Shown in pieces: positions 27,030 through 36,434 of a DNA stretch of 64,000 bases. The position numbers and the translations under genes were made by a program. How positions within the stretch are numbered: position 1 is the first letter of the stretch; each line of letters begins with the position of its first letter. Origin of the DNA: Escherichia phage FV3; the sequence record NC_019517.1; one strand, written 5' to 3'. Below the pieces are notes generated by a model. That model saw only the letters and a list, made by a program, of their open reading frames with translations. It was not told where the DNA came from and made no database searches.

Positions 27030-28079
27030 ATGAATTTAACACCTCGCAGCACCATGGTACACGGCATGAAAGAAAAACAGAACGGTTTCGAACCTATGAG
27101 TAACAAAATGTTTGGTATGCCTGGTGGTATTATGGAAACATACAGCTACCCAACACCTGTTGTTGACCACGTTCTTTATATCGACGATTTGGACGACCTA
27201 CAAGATCATATGTCTCGTCTACAGACGATCCGTATGGCTCAGCCAGAAGAAAGTATCCGTGTAATCATTAACAGCCCTGGTGGTTGCGTTCACATTGCTA
27301 TGGCGTATTTGCAGGCATTCCGCGAGTCTCAGGCAAGCGTTGTTGTACACGCTGAAGGGATGTGCTGTTCAGCAGGAACAATCTTATGGCTAGGTTGCAA
27401 AGAACGAACTGTGGCTCCGGACACAGAATTTATGTTCCACTATTATCAAGGTGGCACTTATGGTAACGGCGTGAACATGAATACCCAGGTCAACTACTGG
27501 AAGAAACGTTTTGAACGCCTGATCGAAAAATACTACGGTGGGGTGTTAACAGAAGATGAGATCGCATCCATCACAGCTGGCGGTGAAGTGTGGTTAGATG
27601 GAGAAGAGCTGGCATCTAGAACTGGTGCTATCATTCTGGACGATGAAAACATTCAGCGCATTCAGAATGGACAGAAACCGAAAAAGCTTTTGGCAAAAAG
27701 TGATGAAGAAGGTGTGCTAGGCGAAGCAGGCCTGCCAGAGATTCACCAATGCACATCTTTGGACGAGCTGGTTCATGCTGTTGAGTCTGCAAAAGAAAAT
27801 GGTATGAAAGGTGATGTTCACACTGTGTTCCTGAATCTGCAGATGGAGAGTGGTGAGACCGTTAAGATTGCACTGGGTGAGATTACCTCGGAAGATCTGC
27901 AGCGATTCTCTGTGGTAGAGCTTCAGGACATTTTGTCCCAATTGAAAACTACCCTGAACGGAGGTGAAGAAGTTCAGGTGAAAGATAAGACTCGCAAGCG
28001 TCTGGTGGACAATATTATTAAAACAGCAAAAGAGCTCAATGAAAAAATCCTGGGCGCAGGAATTGTCGAAGAAGCTTAA
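27030..28079 (+). CDS. ClpP-like serine protease with C-terminal extension
   Basis: INSPGGCV, catalytic-Ser context MCCSAG, His context FMFHYYQGG; about 150 extra C-terminal residues. Confidence 0.7.
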   Translation: MNLTPRSTMVHGMKEKQNGFEPMSNKMFGMPGGIMETYSYPTPVVDHVLYIDDLDDLQDHMSRLQTIRMAQPEESIRVIINSPGGCVHIAMAYLQAFRESQASVVVHAEGMCCSAGTILWLGCKERTVAPDTEFMFHYYQGGTYGNGVNMNTQVNYWKKRFERLIEKYYGGVLTEDEIASITAGGEVWLDGEELASRTGAIILDDENIQRIQNGQKPKKLLAKSDEEGVLGEAGLPEIHQCTSLDELVHAVESAKENGMKGDVHTVFLNLQMESGETVKIALGEITSEDLQRFSVVELQDILSQLKTTLNGGEEVQVKDKTRKRLVDNIIKTAKELNEKILGAGIVEEA

Positions 28080-28090
28080 ACATTAATTCT

Positions 28091-28116
28091 AAAGCCCTCT
28101 TCGGAGGGCTTTTATG
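28091..28116 (+). terminator. rho-independent terminator
   Basis: AAAGCCCTC-TTCG-GAGGGCTTT followed by TAT. Confidence 0.7.
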
Positions 28117-28130
28117 ATCTGGAGATTTGC

Positions 28131-28664
28131 ATGACTTGTGCTAGAAAACCTGATGAACAACGTAACGCTTACGACGAGTATGTGACACCGGAGTGGTGTG
28201 CAGAAGGGCTGTATGACCTTATTCCGTTCCCAGAAGACTGGACCTACTTAGAGCCTTGCAGGAATAGCGCTTCAGGTGTGTTCTACTCCCGTATGCCGTT
28301 AGGATCTGCATGGGGAGAAATTCAAGAAGGTGTTGACTATCTGAATACAGAATACAACCATGTTGACTGTATTATCACCAACCCGCCGTACAGCCTGGCT
28401 CGTGAGTTTGTGGACAAGGCGTTGAAAGATGCCGACGTAGTTATTATGCTTTTGCGTCTTAATTTTCTGGAAAGCAAGACCAGATTTGAATGGTGGCTTG
28501 ATAATGCACCTACCACTGTGATCACAATATCTAAGCGTCCGTCATTCCAATCCAATGGTAGAACGGATGGGCAGGCATATGCCTATTTTGTATGGGACAA
28601 GAAAAACCGTCTAGGCTTGCCGCCATTTATGTGGTTGGCACCACCAGAGGCAGACTTGAAATGA
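28131..28664 (+). CDS. small N6-adenine DNA methyltransferase
   Basis: motif IV DCIITNPPY. Confidence 0.7.
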   Translation: MTCARKPDEQRNAYDEYVTPEWCAEGLYDLIPFPEDWTYLEPCRNSASGVFYSRMPLGSAWGEIQEGVDYLNTEYNHVDCIITNPPYSLAREFVDKALKDADVVIMLLRLNFLESKTRFEWWLDNAPTTVITISKRPSFQSNGRTDGQAYAYFVWDKKNRLGLPPFMWLAPPEADLK

Positions 28665-28945
28665 AAATAAGTGCTAAGGACAAGTTGCACCAGTTAGCGC
28701 TAAAACGTCCTGTAACGCTTCCTGACGAGCTTAACTCTATTTATGATGCGATTGTAGGGGAGATACAAAATAAAGCGTTAGCAGGCTTTCTGGGATGCGG
28801 ATTTTCGATAAATCTTCCATCGCACCTCTCAGACTACTTCCCACACATCGTTGGGGATTTGAGGGCAGGAGGTCTGCAGGTGGATGTTGTTGGCATCTCT
28901 CCGGAGAAAAATAACACGGTTGCCTACTTGACAGTAACCTGGTAG
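28661..28945 (+). CDS. hypothetical protein (94 aa)
   Basis: internal ATG overlapping upstream stop; track ORF 28592..28945. Confidence 0.4.
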   Translation: MKISAKDKLHQLALKRPVTLPDELNSIYDAIVGEIQNKALAGFLGCGFSINLPSHLSDYFPHIVGDLRAGGLQVDVVGISPEKNNTVAYLTVTW

Positions 28946-28982
28946 TGGTGTATTTTGTTTTCAACAAGAGGGGGTGTCATCT

Positions 28983-29222
28983 ATGTACAAGTCATTTTCA
29001 ATCTACTCAAGACAGGCAAAACACTACACGGAGATTCTGATCACTCAGAAAAAGTCTGTAGAAGGTGAGTGGGAATATCATCATAAAATGTTGCGTCCAG
29101 ACTGGGTTTTTGATAGACTTATTGCTATGATTCCTCTTGGAGAAGTATACCCTCTGACAGGTCATAGGGATGCTTGGGATTTAATTGATTACATAGATTC
29201 ATTTAAGGAGCCTGGTGTATGA
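28983..29222 (+). CDS. hypothetical protein (79 aa)
   Basis: track ORF 28974..29222, ATG start preferred. Confidence 0.4.
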   Translation: MYKSFSIYSRQAKHYTEILITQKKSVEGEWEYHHKMLRPDWVFDRLIAMIPLGEVYPLTGHRDAWDLIDYIDSFKEPGV

Positions 29223-29617
29223 AGATTGAGATCACTAAAGAAGGTAAGAAAGTGTCTGGCGATTATGCAACAGTAATTCGGGATGTAATGTTTGAAGTAA
29301 CCCAGATTGGTACGTCTAAGGTTGGTCAAACGGTAAGTGTGCAAGGTAATATTGCCACAGGTGAAAAGATAATCATTGTGATCAAAGGACAAGACCCTGT
29401 GGAAGGAACAGTGGGCCGAGGAGGCTACCTGTGCATTTCTGAAGAACCGCGTATGCTGGTTGCTGATGACTCCACAGGTAAAAAGCGGGTATGTAACACG
29501 GACGAGGTGATGATTATCTATCCAGTCAACCCAGATGATCCGGCAACATGGATTGTGGGAAATGAAATCTTCTCTTTAGAAGAGTTATCCTTCCCAGCTC
29601 CGCGCTCTGTTCAGTAA
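29219..29617 (+). CDS. hypothetical protein (132 aa), N-terminus MKIEIT
   Basis: track ORF. Confidence 0.45.
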   Translation: MKIEITKEGKKVSGDYATVIRDVMFEVTQIGTSKVGQTVSVQGNIATGEKIIIVIKGQDPVEGTVGRGGYLCISEEPRMLVADDSTGKKRVCNTDEVMIIYPVNPDDPATWIVGNEIFSLEELSFPAPRSVQ

Positions 29618-29656
29618 TAATTTATCTTACCAGGGACGGTAGAAGTAGGAGGTAGC

Positions 29657-29890
29657 ATGAAAGTTAAATTTCTTACAGATTTAGGGTACCCTTCCTTGGT
29701 TGACTGCGTTGGTAAAATTGTGGAAGCAAAACGACTATCTGCAAACGATAATGTTGTCATGGTTAAGGGAAAAGATTTACTATCTGCAGGTGCAGAGTCT
29801 GGCAGGATCTCTCCTGACTATACGTATTACCTGTCTTTAAGTAATCTACCAGAACGAGGCGGCAAAGGCCTTGAAGTTGTGGAGGAGTGA
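29657..29890 (+). CDS. small acidic protein, paralog family A
   Basis: MKVKFL...KGKDLLSAGA...LEVVEE; SD GGAGG. Confidence 0.5.
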   Translation: MKVKFLTDLGYPSLVDCVGKIVEAKRLSANDNVVMVKGKDLLSAGAESGRISPDYTYYLSLSNLPERGGKGLEVVEE

Positions 29891-30414
29891 CAGGTATGCT
29901 GCTAGTTGATTGGAAAGATTTTTATGGCGATAAAGACCCGAAAGCCTTTATATATAAACCTTGGAGATACTCAGAGAGTCAAATTGCTGCAATAAACCTT
30001 ACAGCAAAGCGCCGAAAAATTATCGAAAGTAAATACAGGTACGCTCAGCTAGTGGCTGGTGTTTCTCCACAGGTAGAGAGTTTTGTGCTTAAACTGTACG
30101 AAAAGTTTATGAGTTACGATCTGTCATTCGTGAAGGTGGGTGAGGATTTATCCCCTGGTAACAACGTAACACGTTGGAAAGTTTCATGCGACAAAAAACT
30201 TCCGGTAAGTATTGAGGTGTGTCGATACTGGGGGTATCATGAGTGTGGCTTTTATGACTACCATGATGTAGAAATAAAGCCACGCAATCATCTAAGCGAC
30301 CCAGAAAAAGATTACTTGAAGCATGTGATTCTTTCCATGTTTGGAGGGTATATCACAGAGAAAAATAGCGAAGACAGAATATCCTTTCTTAACAGTTTGA
30401 ACCGGGAGATGTAG
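29887..30414 (+). CDS. hypothetical protein (175 aa)
   Basis: track ORF. Confidence 0.45.
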   Translation: MTGMLLVDWKDFYGDKDPKAFIYKPWRYSESQIAAINLTAKRRKIIESKYRYAQLVAGVSPQVESFVLKLYEKFMSYDLSFVKVGEDLSPGNNVTRWKVSCDKKLPVSIEVCRYWGYHECGFYDYHDVEIKPRNHLSDPEKDYLKHVILSMFGGYITEKNSEDRISFLNSLNREM

Positions 30415-30415
30415 T

Positions 30416-30652
30416 ATGACTATAGACACTGTGCTGGTTTGGTATTGCGCATTGACCTTTCTGACAATGGTTGTTTTAGCAACTCTTTGCATCATATCTT
30501 GTAGAAAAATTAAGTTTGACGACTTTATAACTATAATCACTGCCGCACCTTTTTGGCCTGTTGTTCTCTTCATTGCGGTTATGTGCTTGGTGGATCACTG
30601 TAAAACCGTCAGGAAAATGAAGGAGGCAGATAAGAATGGTAACAGTGACTGA
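30416..30652 (+). CDS. small membrane protein (78 aa)
   Basis: two hydrophobic helices. Confidence 0.45.
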   Translation: MTIDTVLVWYCALTFLTMVVLATLCIISCRKIKFDDFITIITAAPFWPVVLFIAVMCLVDHCKTVRKMKEADKNGNSD

Positions 30653-30854
30653 AACTGTTTATACTGTTCTTAGGGAGATTGCATTCTATACAGACCTTAG
30701 TTCAGTATCTTCATGGGAAAAGAGTGTGTATTTAAAATGGTGCGTGAAATTAGAGGGGACCTTCTAATGTTTCAAGCCATGTTTATTGAAATGCTCTCCG
30801 GAGTATTACTGCTGGTAGCCATTTTGGGTGGTGCGGCGCTAATGTATAATTATC

Positions 30855-31058
30855 TTGAAAAAGGGGACAGTAATGACAAAAAATAAATCCTTAGAACAGG
30901 CTGAAAACCTTCTCCACGAGCTGGTAAAGGAGTGGAAAGTTGAATACTCAGATTTTAATGCAAGAGAGGGGGAAGATTATTGGCCTACGGAGCGCTCAGA
31001 GGGAGAGTGGTATCAAGATTTCATAGAATGGTTATATCAGACGTGCGATGAGGGGTGA
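30855..31058 (+). CDS. hypothetical protein (67 aa)
   Basis: track ORF. Confidence 0.4.
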   Translation: MKKGTVMTKNKSLEQAENLLHELVKEWKVEYSDFNAREGEDYWPTERSEGEWYQDFIEWLYQTCDEG

Positions 31059-31516
31059 CGATGTTTGTTAAATATGTAAAAACGTGCCTCAACAACCTTG
31101 GTAGAGAGCATTGGTACACCTTGCTTGAAAAAGGAGAAATTTTAACAAAATCTGGAAAGATAACTCTGATACCTTTGGATGATAAAGACCCGTCACTACT
31201 TGTCATAGATGATTACGTTACAGGTGTGTCGTACGAGGTCTCTGTGGAGAGGTTAATACGCAGATCTGGAGGGCCTTATGACCGAAGAGAGTATGTTTTC
31301 GATTCTGTTACAGAGAAGGAGGATCCGTCTCTAATGTTTAGGATGGTAATCAGGGATATGAAATCATCTATAAATAGGATTGTAAAGGACATTAAGGAGC
31401 CTTTTAGGGTAAAAGTTAAGAAGTTTTTTGATTCTAAGATTAACATACTCGCCGTTGTGCTAGGCGTAATTCAACTTCTGTTAATTTTGCACTATCTTGA
31501 ACTGTTGTTCAAGTAG
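31055..31516 (+). CDS. hypothetical protein with C-terminal TM helix (153 aa)
   Basis: track ORF. Confidence 0.45.
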   Translation: MTMFVKYVKTCLNNLGREHWYTLLEKGEILTKSGKITLIPLDDKDPSLLVIDDYVTGVSYEVSVERLIRRSGGPYDRREYVFDSVTEKEDPSLMFRMVIRDMKSSINRIVKDIKEPFRVKVKKFFDSKINILAVVLGVIQLLLILHYLELLFK

Positions 31517-31576
31517 TGTGCAACAAGGCACAAAGGATGTGCCATGATTAAATAAACTAAGAAAGAGGTAGAGAGA

Positions 31577-31924
31577 ATGCCAAAGATTAAGTCGATATTA
31601 ATGTGGGCAGCTGTTGTGGCTTTTGTAGGATACTGGACTTGGGAAACTGAATTAAAAGATATCGGGTATACCAGTCTTGAGAGCAAGGCATGCATTGGCA
31701 TAACCGATGCATTCAGGCAAAATGCTATGGATCACGAATGTGTCGATGCAGATATAGATGAGAAACTGTCTAAGGACAAGGATTTTTACCATGGTCATGC
31801 CTTGCTTGATAGTGGTGACACTGTAGAATTCTGGTCGTGGTTCCGTGAAGATGGAACAATAAAGACAGCAGTAAAGATTTCCAACAAAGAGTTAATGCTG
31901 TTGCAGCAGAAGGAGGTGCAATGA
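31577..31924 (+). CDS. hypothetical membrane-anchored protein (115 aa)
   Basis: N-terminal hydrophobic segment. Confidence 0.45.
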   Translation: MPKIKSILMWAAVVAFVGYWTWETELKDIGYTSLESKACIGITDAFRQNAMDHECVDADIDEKLSKDKDFYHGHALLDSGDTVEFWSWFREDGTIKTAVKISNKELMLLQQKEVQ

Positions 31925-32208
31925 TCTGGATATCCTACACTGATGGCACCATGCTGTATACTGCAGGTACTAGGTATGAAGTTCAGGAGGACGATAAAAA
32001 ATTTATCGTAAAAACATTTGACAAGGACGAAAACCTTTTGTTAGAATTGACTTACAAGGTTGGGGAGGTATCTAGCATCCAATTGGATTGCGGTCATAAA
32101 GATAACCCACTCAAGAAACCTGGGGTAGGTAAAGCTTCAGAAGAACGCCTGTCTCGTATTGCAGAAAGCGTTTCTGCACAAAAATCTAAGAAGGGGACTA
32201 GAAAATGA
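31921..32208 (+). CDS. hypothetical protein (95 aa)
   Basis: track ORF. Confidence 0.4.
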   Translation: MIWISYTDGTMLYTAGTRYEVQEDDKKFIVKTFDKDENLLLELTYKVGEVSSIQLDCGHKDNPLKKPGVGKASEERLSRIAESVSAQKSKKGTRK

Positions 32209-32399
32209 AAAACTTACGTTTTAACACTTATTACTACAACACTTTGAATGATTTGTATTATATTATTCGAAGTAAAAGTCCTGAAACAGTCCTATTCTGC
32301 CGCGAACCTTTCAAAGGGGAGGAAGTAGAGTCTGAGATGAATGTTAGCCATATTACCTCTTTGTTGCTCTCAGGTGCAATGGAAGAAGCAATATTCTAA
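32205..32399 (+). CDS. hypothetical protein (64 aa)
   Basis: track ORF. Confidence 0.35.
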   Translation: MKNLRFNTYYYNTLNDLYYIIRSKSPETVLFCREPFKGEEVESEMNVSHITSLLLSGAMEEAIF

Positions 32400-32417
32400 A
32401 CCAGGCGGGAGGGTTTT

Positions 32418-32603
32418 ATGAAGCACTATTGCCTGTTTGGTAGGATGGGTGTAGAGTGTGATTGGGTTTTCTTAAAACTTGTCAGCATCCGAGAGTCAAT
32501 CCCAGAGGAAGAGCAAGAAAGTGAGCTGATGTCATGGATCAGCTATTACGGCAACACTTTCCGGTATGTCAAAATGGAAGGGCTGCCAAGCGAGGATGAT
32601 TGA
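32418..32603 (+). CDS. hypothetical protein (61 aa)
   Basis: track ORF. Confidence 0.35.
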   Translation: MKHYCLFGRMGVECDWVFLKLVSIRESIPEEEQESELMSWISYYGNTFRYVKMEGLPSEDD

Positions 32604-32698
32604 TTATGATTGCATCAATATTAACGTTTATGGGTGGCGTGGCGGTCGGATTCATTATTTGCCTGTTTATAGTGATTATGTCTATGCGAGGCTGACTT

Positions 32699-32983
32699 AT
32701 GAAACTGTTCGAGTGGTTTAAAAAGTTTAAATACCGGGCCGTTGCTGTATCGAAATGGACTGTCCGCTGGGTGGACAATGATGGAACACAAATTCCAGGT
32801 GATCAGGATACCGGATACTGGGTTATGATGGAGAACGGATTTGGGAAAAGGAAGTTTAAATGTGTTGGTGCTCCTACCCTTTTAAATGTTAGAAGTGTGC
32901 CAGGGTACAGCACTCTGGTTGTTTGGGAGCTATCCGGTGTTCCTCCTGCCAATGTGCAATACTTGCCAAATTCAGAAAAATAA
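32699..32983 (+). CDS. hypothetical protein (94 aa)
   Basis: track ORF. Confidence 0.4.
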   Translation: MKLFEWFKKFKYRAVAVSKWTVRWVDNDGTQIPGDQDTGYWVMMENGFGKRKFKCVGAPTLLNVRSVPGYSTLVVWELSGVPPANVQYLPNSEK

Positions 32984-32995
32984 AAGGAGAAAATA

Positions 32996-33280
32996 ATGAG
33001 CAATGGTATTAGCAACAATGCTGCAGAGTTTAAAGTGATCTGTAAAGGCACTTATTGGATAGTGAAACAGAAGGTGTACCTATTCGGTTTCATACCGTTT
33101 TGGCAGAGATTTTGCTGGGGAGCTAACGAGCTTAAGAGATACGCCACCAAGGCTATGGCACTTATTGGTATAGCTGAATACATTGCTGCCAGGGACAGAG
33201 AGGGGAAAACTTGTTACTACACTGCTGACGAGATTCGTAACAGTGTTTACGTTCCACAACCGCCCGATGGAGACCGCTGA
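32996..33280 (+). CDS. hypothetical protein (94 aa)
   Basis: track ORF. Confidence 0.4.
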   Translation: MSNGISNNAAEFKVICKGTYWIVKQKVYLFGFIPFWQRFCWGANELKRYATKAMALIGIAEYIAARDREGKTCYYTADEIRNSVYVPQPPDGDR

Positions 33281-33504
33281 TGAAAGTGAAAGTTTTAGAT
33301 TCAAACTTCTATATTGGTCAAGAGCCTTTAGTTGGAAAAGTGTTTACCGCTATCCCTAACGAAGATTATCCTGACCTTTTAAAAATAAAAGGGGAAGATC
33401 TTATTGCCGCTGGCGCGTCTCAGGAATGCTTTGACAGTCAGTGGGCCTACAACTTTGCCCTAGGGGAGGATGTGGAGATAGTGGAGGACGATTATGAAGG
33501 TTAA
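33280..33504 (+). CDS. small acidic protein, paralog family A
   Basis: MKVKVLDSN...GEDLIAAGA...VEIVEDDYEG; net charge about -11 in 74 aa. Confidence 0.5.
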   Translation: MKVKVLDSNFYIGQEPLVGKVFTAIPNEDYPDLLKIKGEDLIAAGASQECFDSQWAYNFALGEDVEIVEDDYEG

Positions 33505-33748
33505 AATTCTTGACTCTAACGTCTACTTGGGACAATCATTCCTGAAGGGAAAGGTAGTACCTGCTGTATACTTCGAAGGGTTGCCGTGGGATGATCCTGT
33601 GCGGCAAAATCACAGCTATGTAGGCCACAATGTGGTGTTCATTTTGGGATCAGACCTGATCGCGGCTGGTGCTCCGGAATATTATTTCGGAGAGGACTCG
33701 TATTATGCCTTTGGGGTAGGGTCAGATGCAGATATTTTAGAGCCGTGA
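33494..33748 (+). CDS. small acidic protein, paralog family A
   Basis: MKVKILDSN...GSDLIAAGA; adjacent tandem paralog. Confidence 0.5.
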   Translation: MKVKILDSNVYLGQSFLKGKVVPAVYFEGLPWDDPVRQNHSYVGHNVVFILGSDLIAAGAPEYYFGEDSYYAFGVGSDADILEP

Positions 33749-34159
33749 TTGGGGACTGTTGTGAAAAATAAACTGTTCAAAGTTACAATGAAAATTCGCG
33801 GAGCTTGGAGCGTAAAGCAAGGGCGTATCCCGGAATTTGAGAAAGACTTCTACGTAGTCTCCACCTCTGAAGAGGCTGCATGCTGGCAGGCTGGCTATGC
33901 CTATGCAAGAACTTGGTACGAAGGGTACCAAACTGGGGGCTATGACGGAGAAATTGTCAGTAAGGGTGTGGAAGAAATTAATGTGTTGACAAGTGAAAAA
34001 GTTTTTGTTATAGTGCATCCTGATTCCAGAGTGAAGCATTACTGGAATGCCAGAACAAAAACCTGGACACCATTTGCAGATTCTGCTACACCACTTTTAA
34101 ACCAGAAAGCTCTTGACTCTGCCCCGAGCTACGGGGTTGTTGAAGAAAAAATAAGCTGA
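33749..34159 (+). CDS. hypothetical protein, paralog family B
   Basis: shares VHPDSRVKHYWNARTKTWTP-like block with ORF 35963. Confidence 0.45.
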   Translation: MGTVVKNKLFKVTMKIRGAWSVKQGRIPEFEKDFYVVSTSEEAACWQAGYAYARTWYEGYQTGGYDGEIVSKGVEEINVLTSEKVFVIVHPDSRVKHYWNARTKTWTPFADSATPLLNQKALDSAPSYGVVEEKIS

Positions 34160-34176
34160 AATAGTGGGGTACTTAC

Positions 34177-34467
34177 ATGATGGATTTAGTTTTGGATACT
34201 GATAACACCGAATCGTTTAAAAAAGATGGTGTAATAAGCATGGACCAATCCTGCCATGCCAAGATTGACTCAAAATGGACCTACAAGTTTGACGGTGAGA
34301 TCTTCGCAAATGATGAGAAGGTTGTGGATGCTGTAGCCATTTTAAACGCTTTAGGGTATGACCCTGTGAACTCATTGATCAAGGATCCTGTTGAGTTTGC
34401 AGAGTATGTTCGTAAAATGGCAGATCTTGCAGTAGATATTTTAAAAACTATCGACGACAAGCTGTAA
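34177..34467 (+). CDS. hypothetical protein (96 aa)
   Basis: track ORF. Confidence 0.4.
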   Translation: MMDLVLDTDNTESFKKDGVISMDQSCHAKIDSKWTYKFDGEIFANDEKVVDAVAILNALGYDPVNSLIKDPVEFAEYVRKMADLAVDILKTIDDKL

Positions 34468-34473
34468 AAACTG

Positions 34474-34502
34474 TTGACACAACATTTGATCTTTAGTATC
34501 AT
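34474..34502 (+). promoter_or_regulatory. sigma70-like promoter TTGACA-N17-TATCAT
   Basis: consensus hexamers upstream of the HPF homolog. Confidence 0.55.
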
Positions 34503-34549
34503 TATTTCCAAAGAGGGTTTGGTTCCCTCTTCTTTAAAAGGAGCACGTT

Positions 34550-34867
34550 ATGCAGATTGAAATTACTGGCAACGTAGAGATCACTGAAGGTATGGTGTCT
34601 TTCATTTCCCACAAAATGTCCAAACTGGAGCGTTTGCACCCATCTGCCAACTATGCACGTGTGAGTGTAAAAGTTGAAAATGATCACCAGGAAGTTATGG
34701 CTTTTATTTTTGACAATTCTGGGAAAGAAGTTATCGCCAAAGCTAAAGGTAGCGATGCTTACGAGGCAACTGACCGTATGGTGGATGTTGCAGCACGCCA
34801 GTTGGCTAAATGCGGTGGAAAGAAAGGTAAGGGAAAAGGTAAAGTAAAGATTGACTTTTGGGATTGA
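34550..34867 (+). CDS. hpf: ribosome hibernation promoting factor / RaiA-family homolog
   Basis: MQIEITGNVEIT...KLE...VKVE...AKAKGSDAYEATDRMVDVAARQLAK aligns block-by-block with E. coli HPF; Lys/Gly-rich tail. Confidence 0.8.
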   Translation: MQIEITGNVEITEGMVSFISHKMSKLERLHPSANYARVSVKVENDHQEVMAFIFDNSGKEVIAKAKGSDAYEATDRMVDVAARQLAKCGGKKGKGKGKVKIDFWD

Positions 34868-35004
34868 GGTGCTACAATGAGTATGATTAAGAAATTAGTC
34901 CCAAATGTAGAGATTGCATGCTTTGAAATTATGTTTGCAATCGCAGTTGTAGTTAATGTGTTAGGTTACGACTATTAATATCAAATAATTGAGGAGACCT
35001 CTAA

Positions 35005-35274
35005 ATGAAAATTAAATTATTCAAAACTGAGCTGGCAGACAAAAACTGCGGACTGGTTGAAGGCATGATCGTTGAAGCACAACCAGTGGACTACATGAAG
35101 GTGGTTCGTGATGCTCTGGGTGAAGGTTTTGATCTGATGGAGCCAGCTCTGCGAGAAGATGTCATCGAGATGGCTAAAAAGCACACACCTGAAGGCTTGG
35201 TAGTGTTTGTTGCTCCAGGTAACGGAGAAGAGTTGATTGTAACTCCGGATGTGTATGAGGTTGTAGAGGAGTAA
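35005..35274 (+). CDS. small acidic protein, paralog family A-like
   Basis: MKIKLF...YEVVEE. Confidence 0.45.
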   Translation: MKIKLFKTELADKNCGLVEGMIVEAQPVDYMKVVRDALGEGFDLMEPALREDVIEMAKKHTPEGLVVFVAPGNGEELIVTPDVYEVVEE

Positions 35275-35362
35275 TCTTGGGTTAGCCATACTTCCTCGAC
35301 AAGAAAGGTTTGTAATTATTTGTGGGAAAGGAATCCCCATCTCTTACCAGAGGTGATACTGT

Positions 35363-35626
35363 ATGATTGTTTATTTTAAAACTTCAGGTGGATACCCTGA
35401 TTCTCAAAGCTTGATTGGAAAAACGTGCACAGCATACTCGCCTCTTGATGATGAGGTAAGTGATACCCTACGAAATATGTATCGGATTGATCCACAAGAA
35501 GCTTTTGATCAGAACCTTGTATTTGTCAAGGGCTCAGACATGAAGTCTTTGGGGGCATTTCCTGAAGCAGATGATAATGCTGTTTATTCGTTTATGACCC
35601 CTTTTGAAGCTATGGTTGTTGGGTGA
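35363..35626 (+). CDS. small acidic protein, paralog family A-like
   Basis: VFVKGSDMKSLGA block. Confidence 0.45.
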   Translation: MIVYFKTSGGYPDSQSLIGKTCTAYSPLDDEVSDTLRNMYRIDPQEAFDQNLVFVKGSDMKSLGAFPEADDNAVYSFMTPFEAMVVG

Positions 35627-35963
35627 GAATATGAAAGTACGCTTTATTGGTGAAACAATTCCTGTGCATCTCCGGTCGCCTGAGGATTCTGCAGATCTTG
35701 CATCTCAAAAGGCCAGAGGGTATGATAAGAAAGTAATCTCAACCGATGTAGAGCTTGAGGCTACCAGTCTGCCTGACCCTGCTGCATTCTTTAATCATTA
35801 TGGATACTATTTCAGCAATCTGATGAATATCGGTGAGCTTGTGTTTATTAGTGGTGGAGAAATAGTTAGCAAGCTTGGCGGCGATCCGGATGTCTTTCAT
35901 GAAACCTGCCCTTTTGCATTTGTGGTAGGTTCAGATGTGGAAGTTATTGAGGAGGTGCGGTAA
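35604..35963 (+). CDS. small acidic protein, paralog family A-like
   Basis: MKVRFIG...VEVIEEVR. Confidence 0.45.
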   Translation: MKLWLLGENMKVRFIGETIPVHLRSPEDSADLASQKARGYDKKVISTDVELEATSLPDPAAFFNHYGYYFSNLMNIGELVFISGGEIVSKLGGDPDVFHETCPFAFVVGSDVEVIEEVR

Positions 35964-36358
35964 TGGTAAGTCTATACCGTGTTGAGTATAGCTCAGATAC
36001 TGTATACAACGTAAGAAGCAAAGATCGTAGCGACAGAGTGCAAGAAATGTATGTTCTTGCCGACAGTCCGTTATCTGCAGCGTTTAAGGCAGGAGCTCTT
36101 GCATCTCGTTGGAAATTCGAGGGTGGATCTTTCTATGAAGAAACTCTTGAAGATTCTGTTGTTATTTCTTCTGTAGAGGTTTCAACTGACTACGAAGGGA
36201 AAAAGTTCGTAATGCGGCACCCACACAGCAACATTGCGTACTACTGGGATGTTCTGAACAACGAGTGGACTCCAGATCTTCAGAAGGCCACTGTTCTGAC
36301 TCCGTTCTTGGCAGATAAGTTCCCACCAGAAGGTAATTTATCTGCACTGTTTCAGTAA
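35963..36358 (+). CDS. hypothetical protein, paralog family B
   Basis: VMRHPHSNIAYYWDVLNNEWTP block shared with ORF 33749. Confidence 0.45.
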   Translation: MVSLYRVEYSSDTVYNVRSKDRSDRVQEMYVLADSPLSAAFKAGALASRWKFEGGSFYEETLEDSVVISSVEVSTDYEGKKFVMRHPHSNIAYYWDVLNNEWTPDLQKATVLTPFLADKFPPEGNLSALFQ

Positions 36359-36376
36359 TTTTATTCTACACAGGTG

Positions 36377-36405
36377 TTGACAACACCAACCCTGTGTGCA
36401 ATAAT
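36377..36405 (+). promoter_or_regulatory. sigma70-like promoter TTGACA-N17-AATAAT
   Basis: consensus hexamers. Confidence 0.5.
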
Positions 36406-36434
36406 ACCTTCATCTTAACAAGACAGGAGACTGA

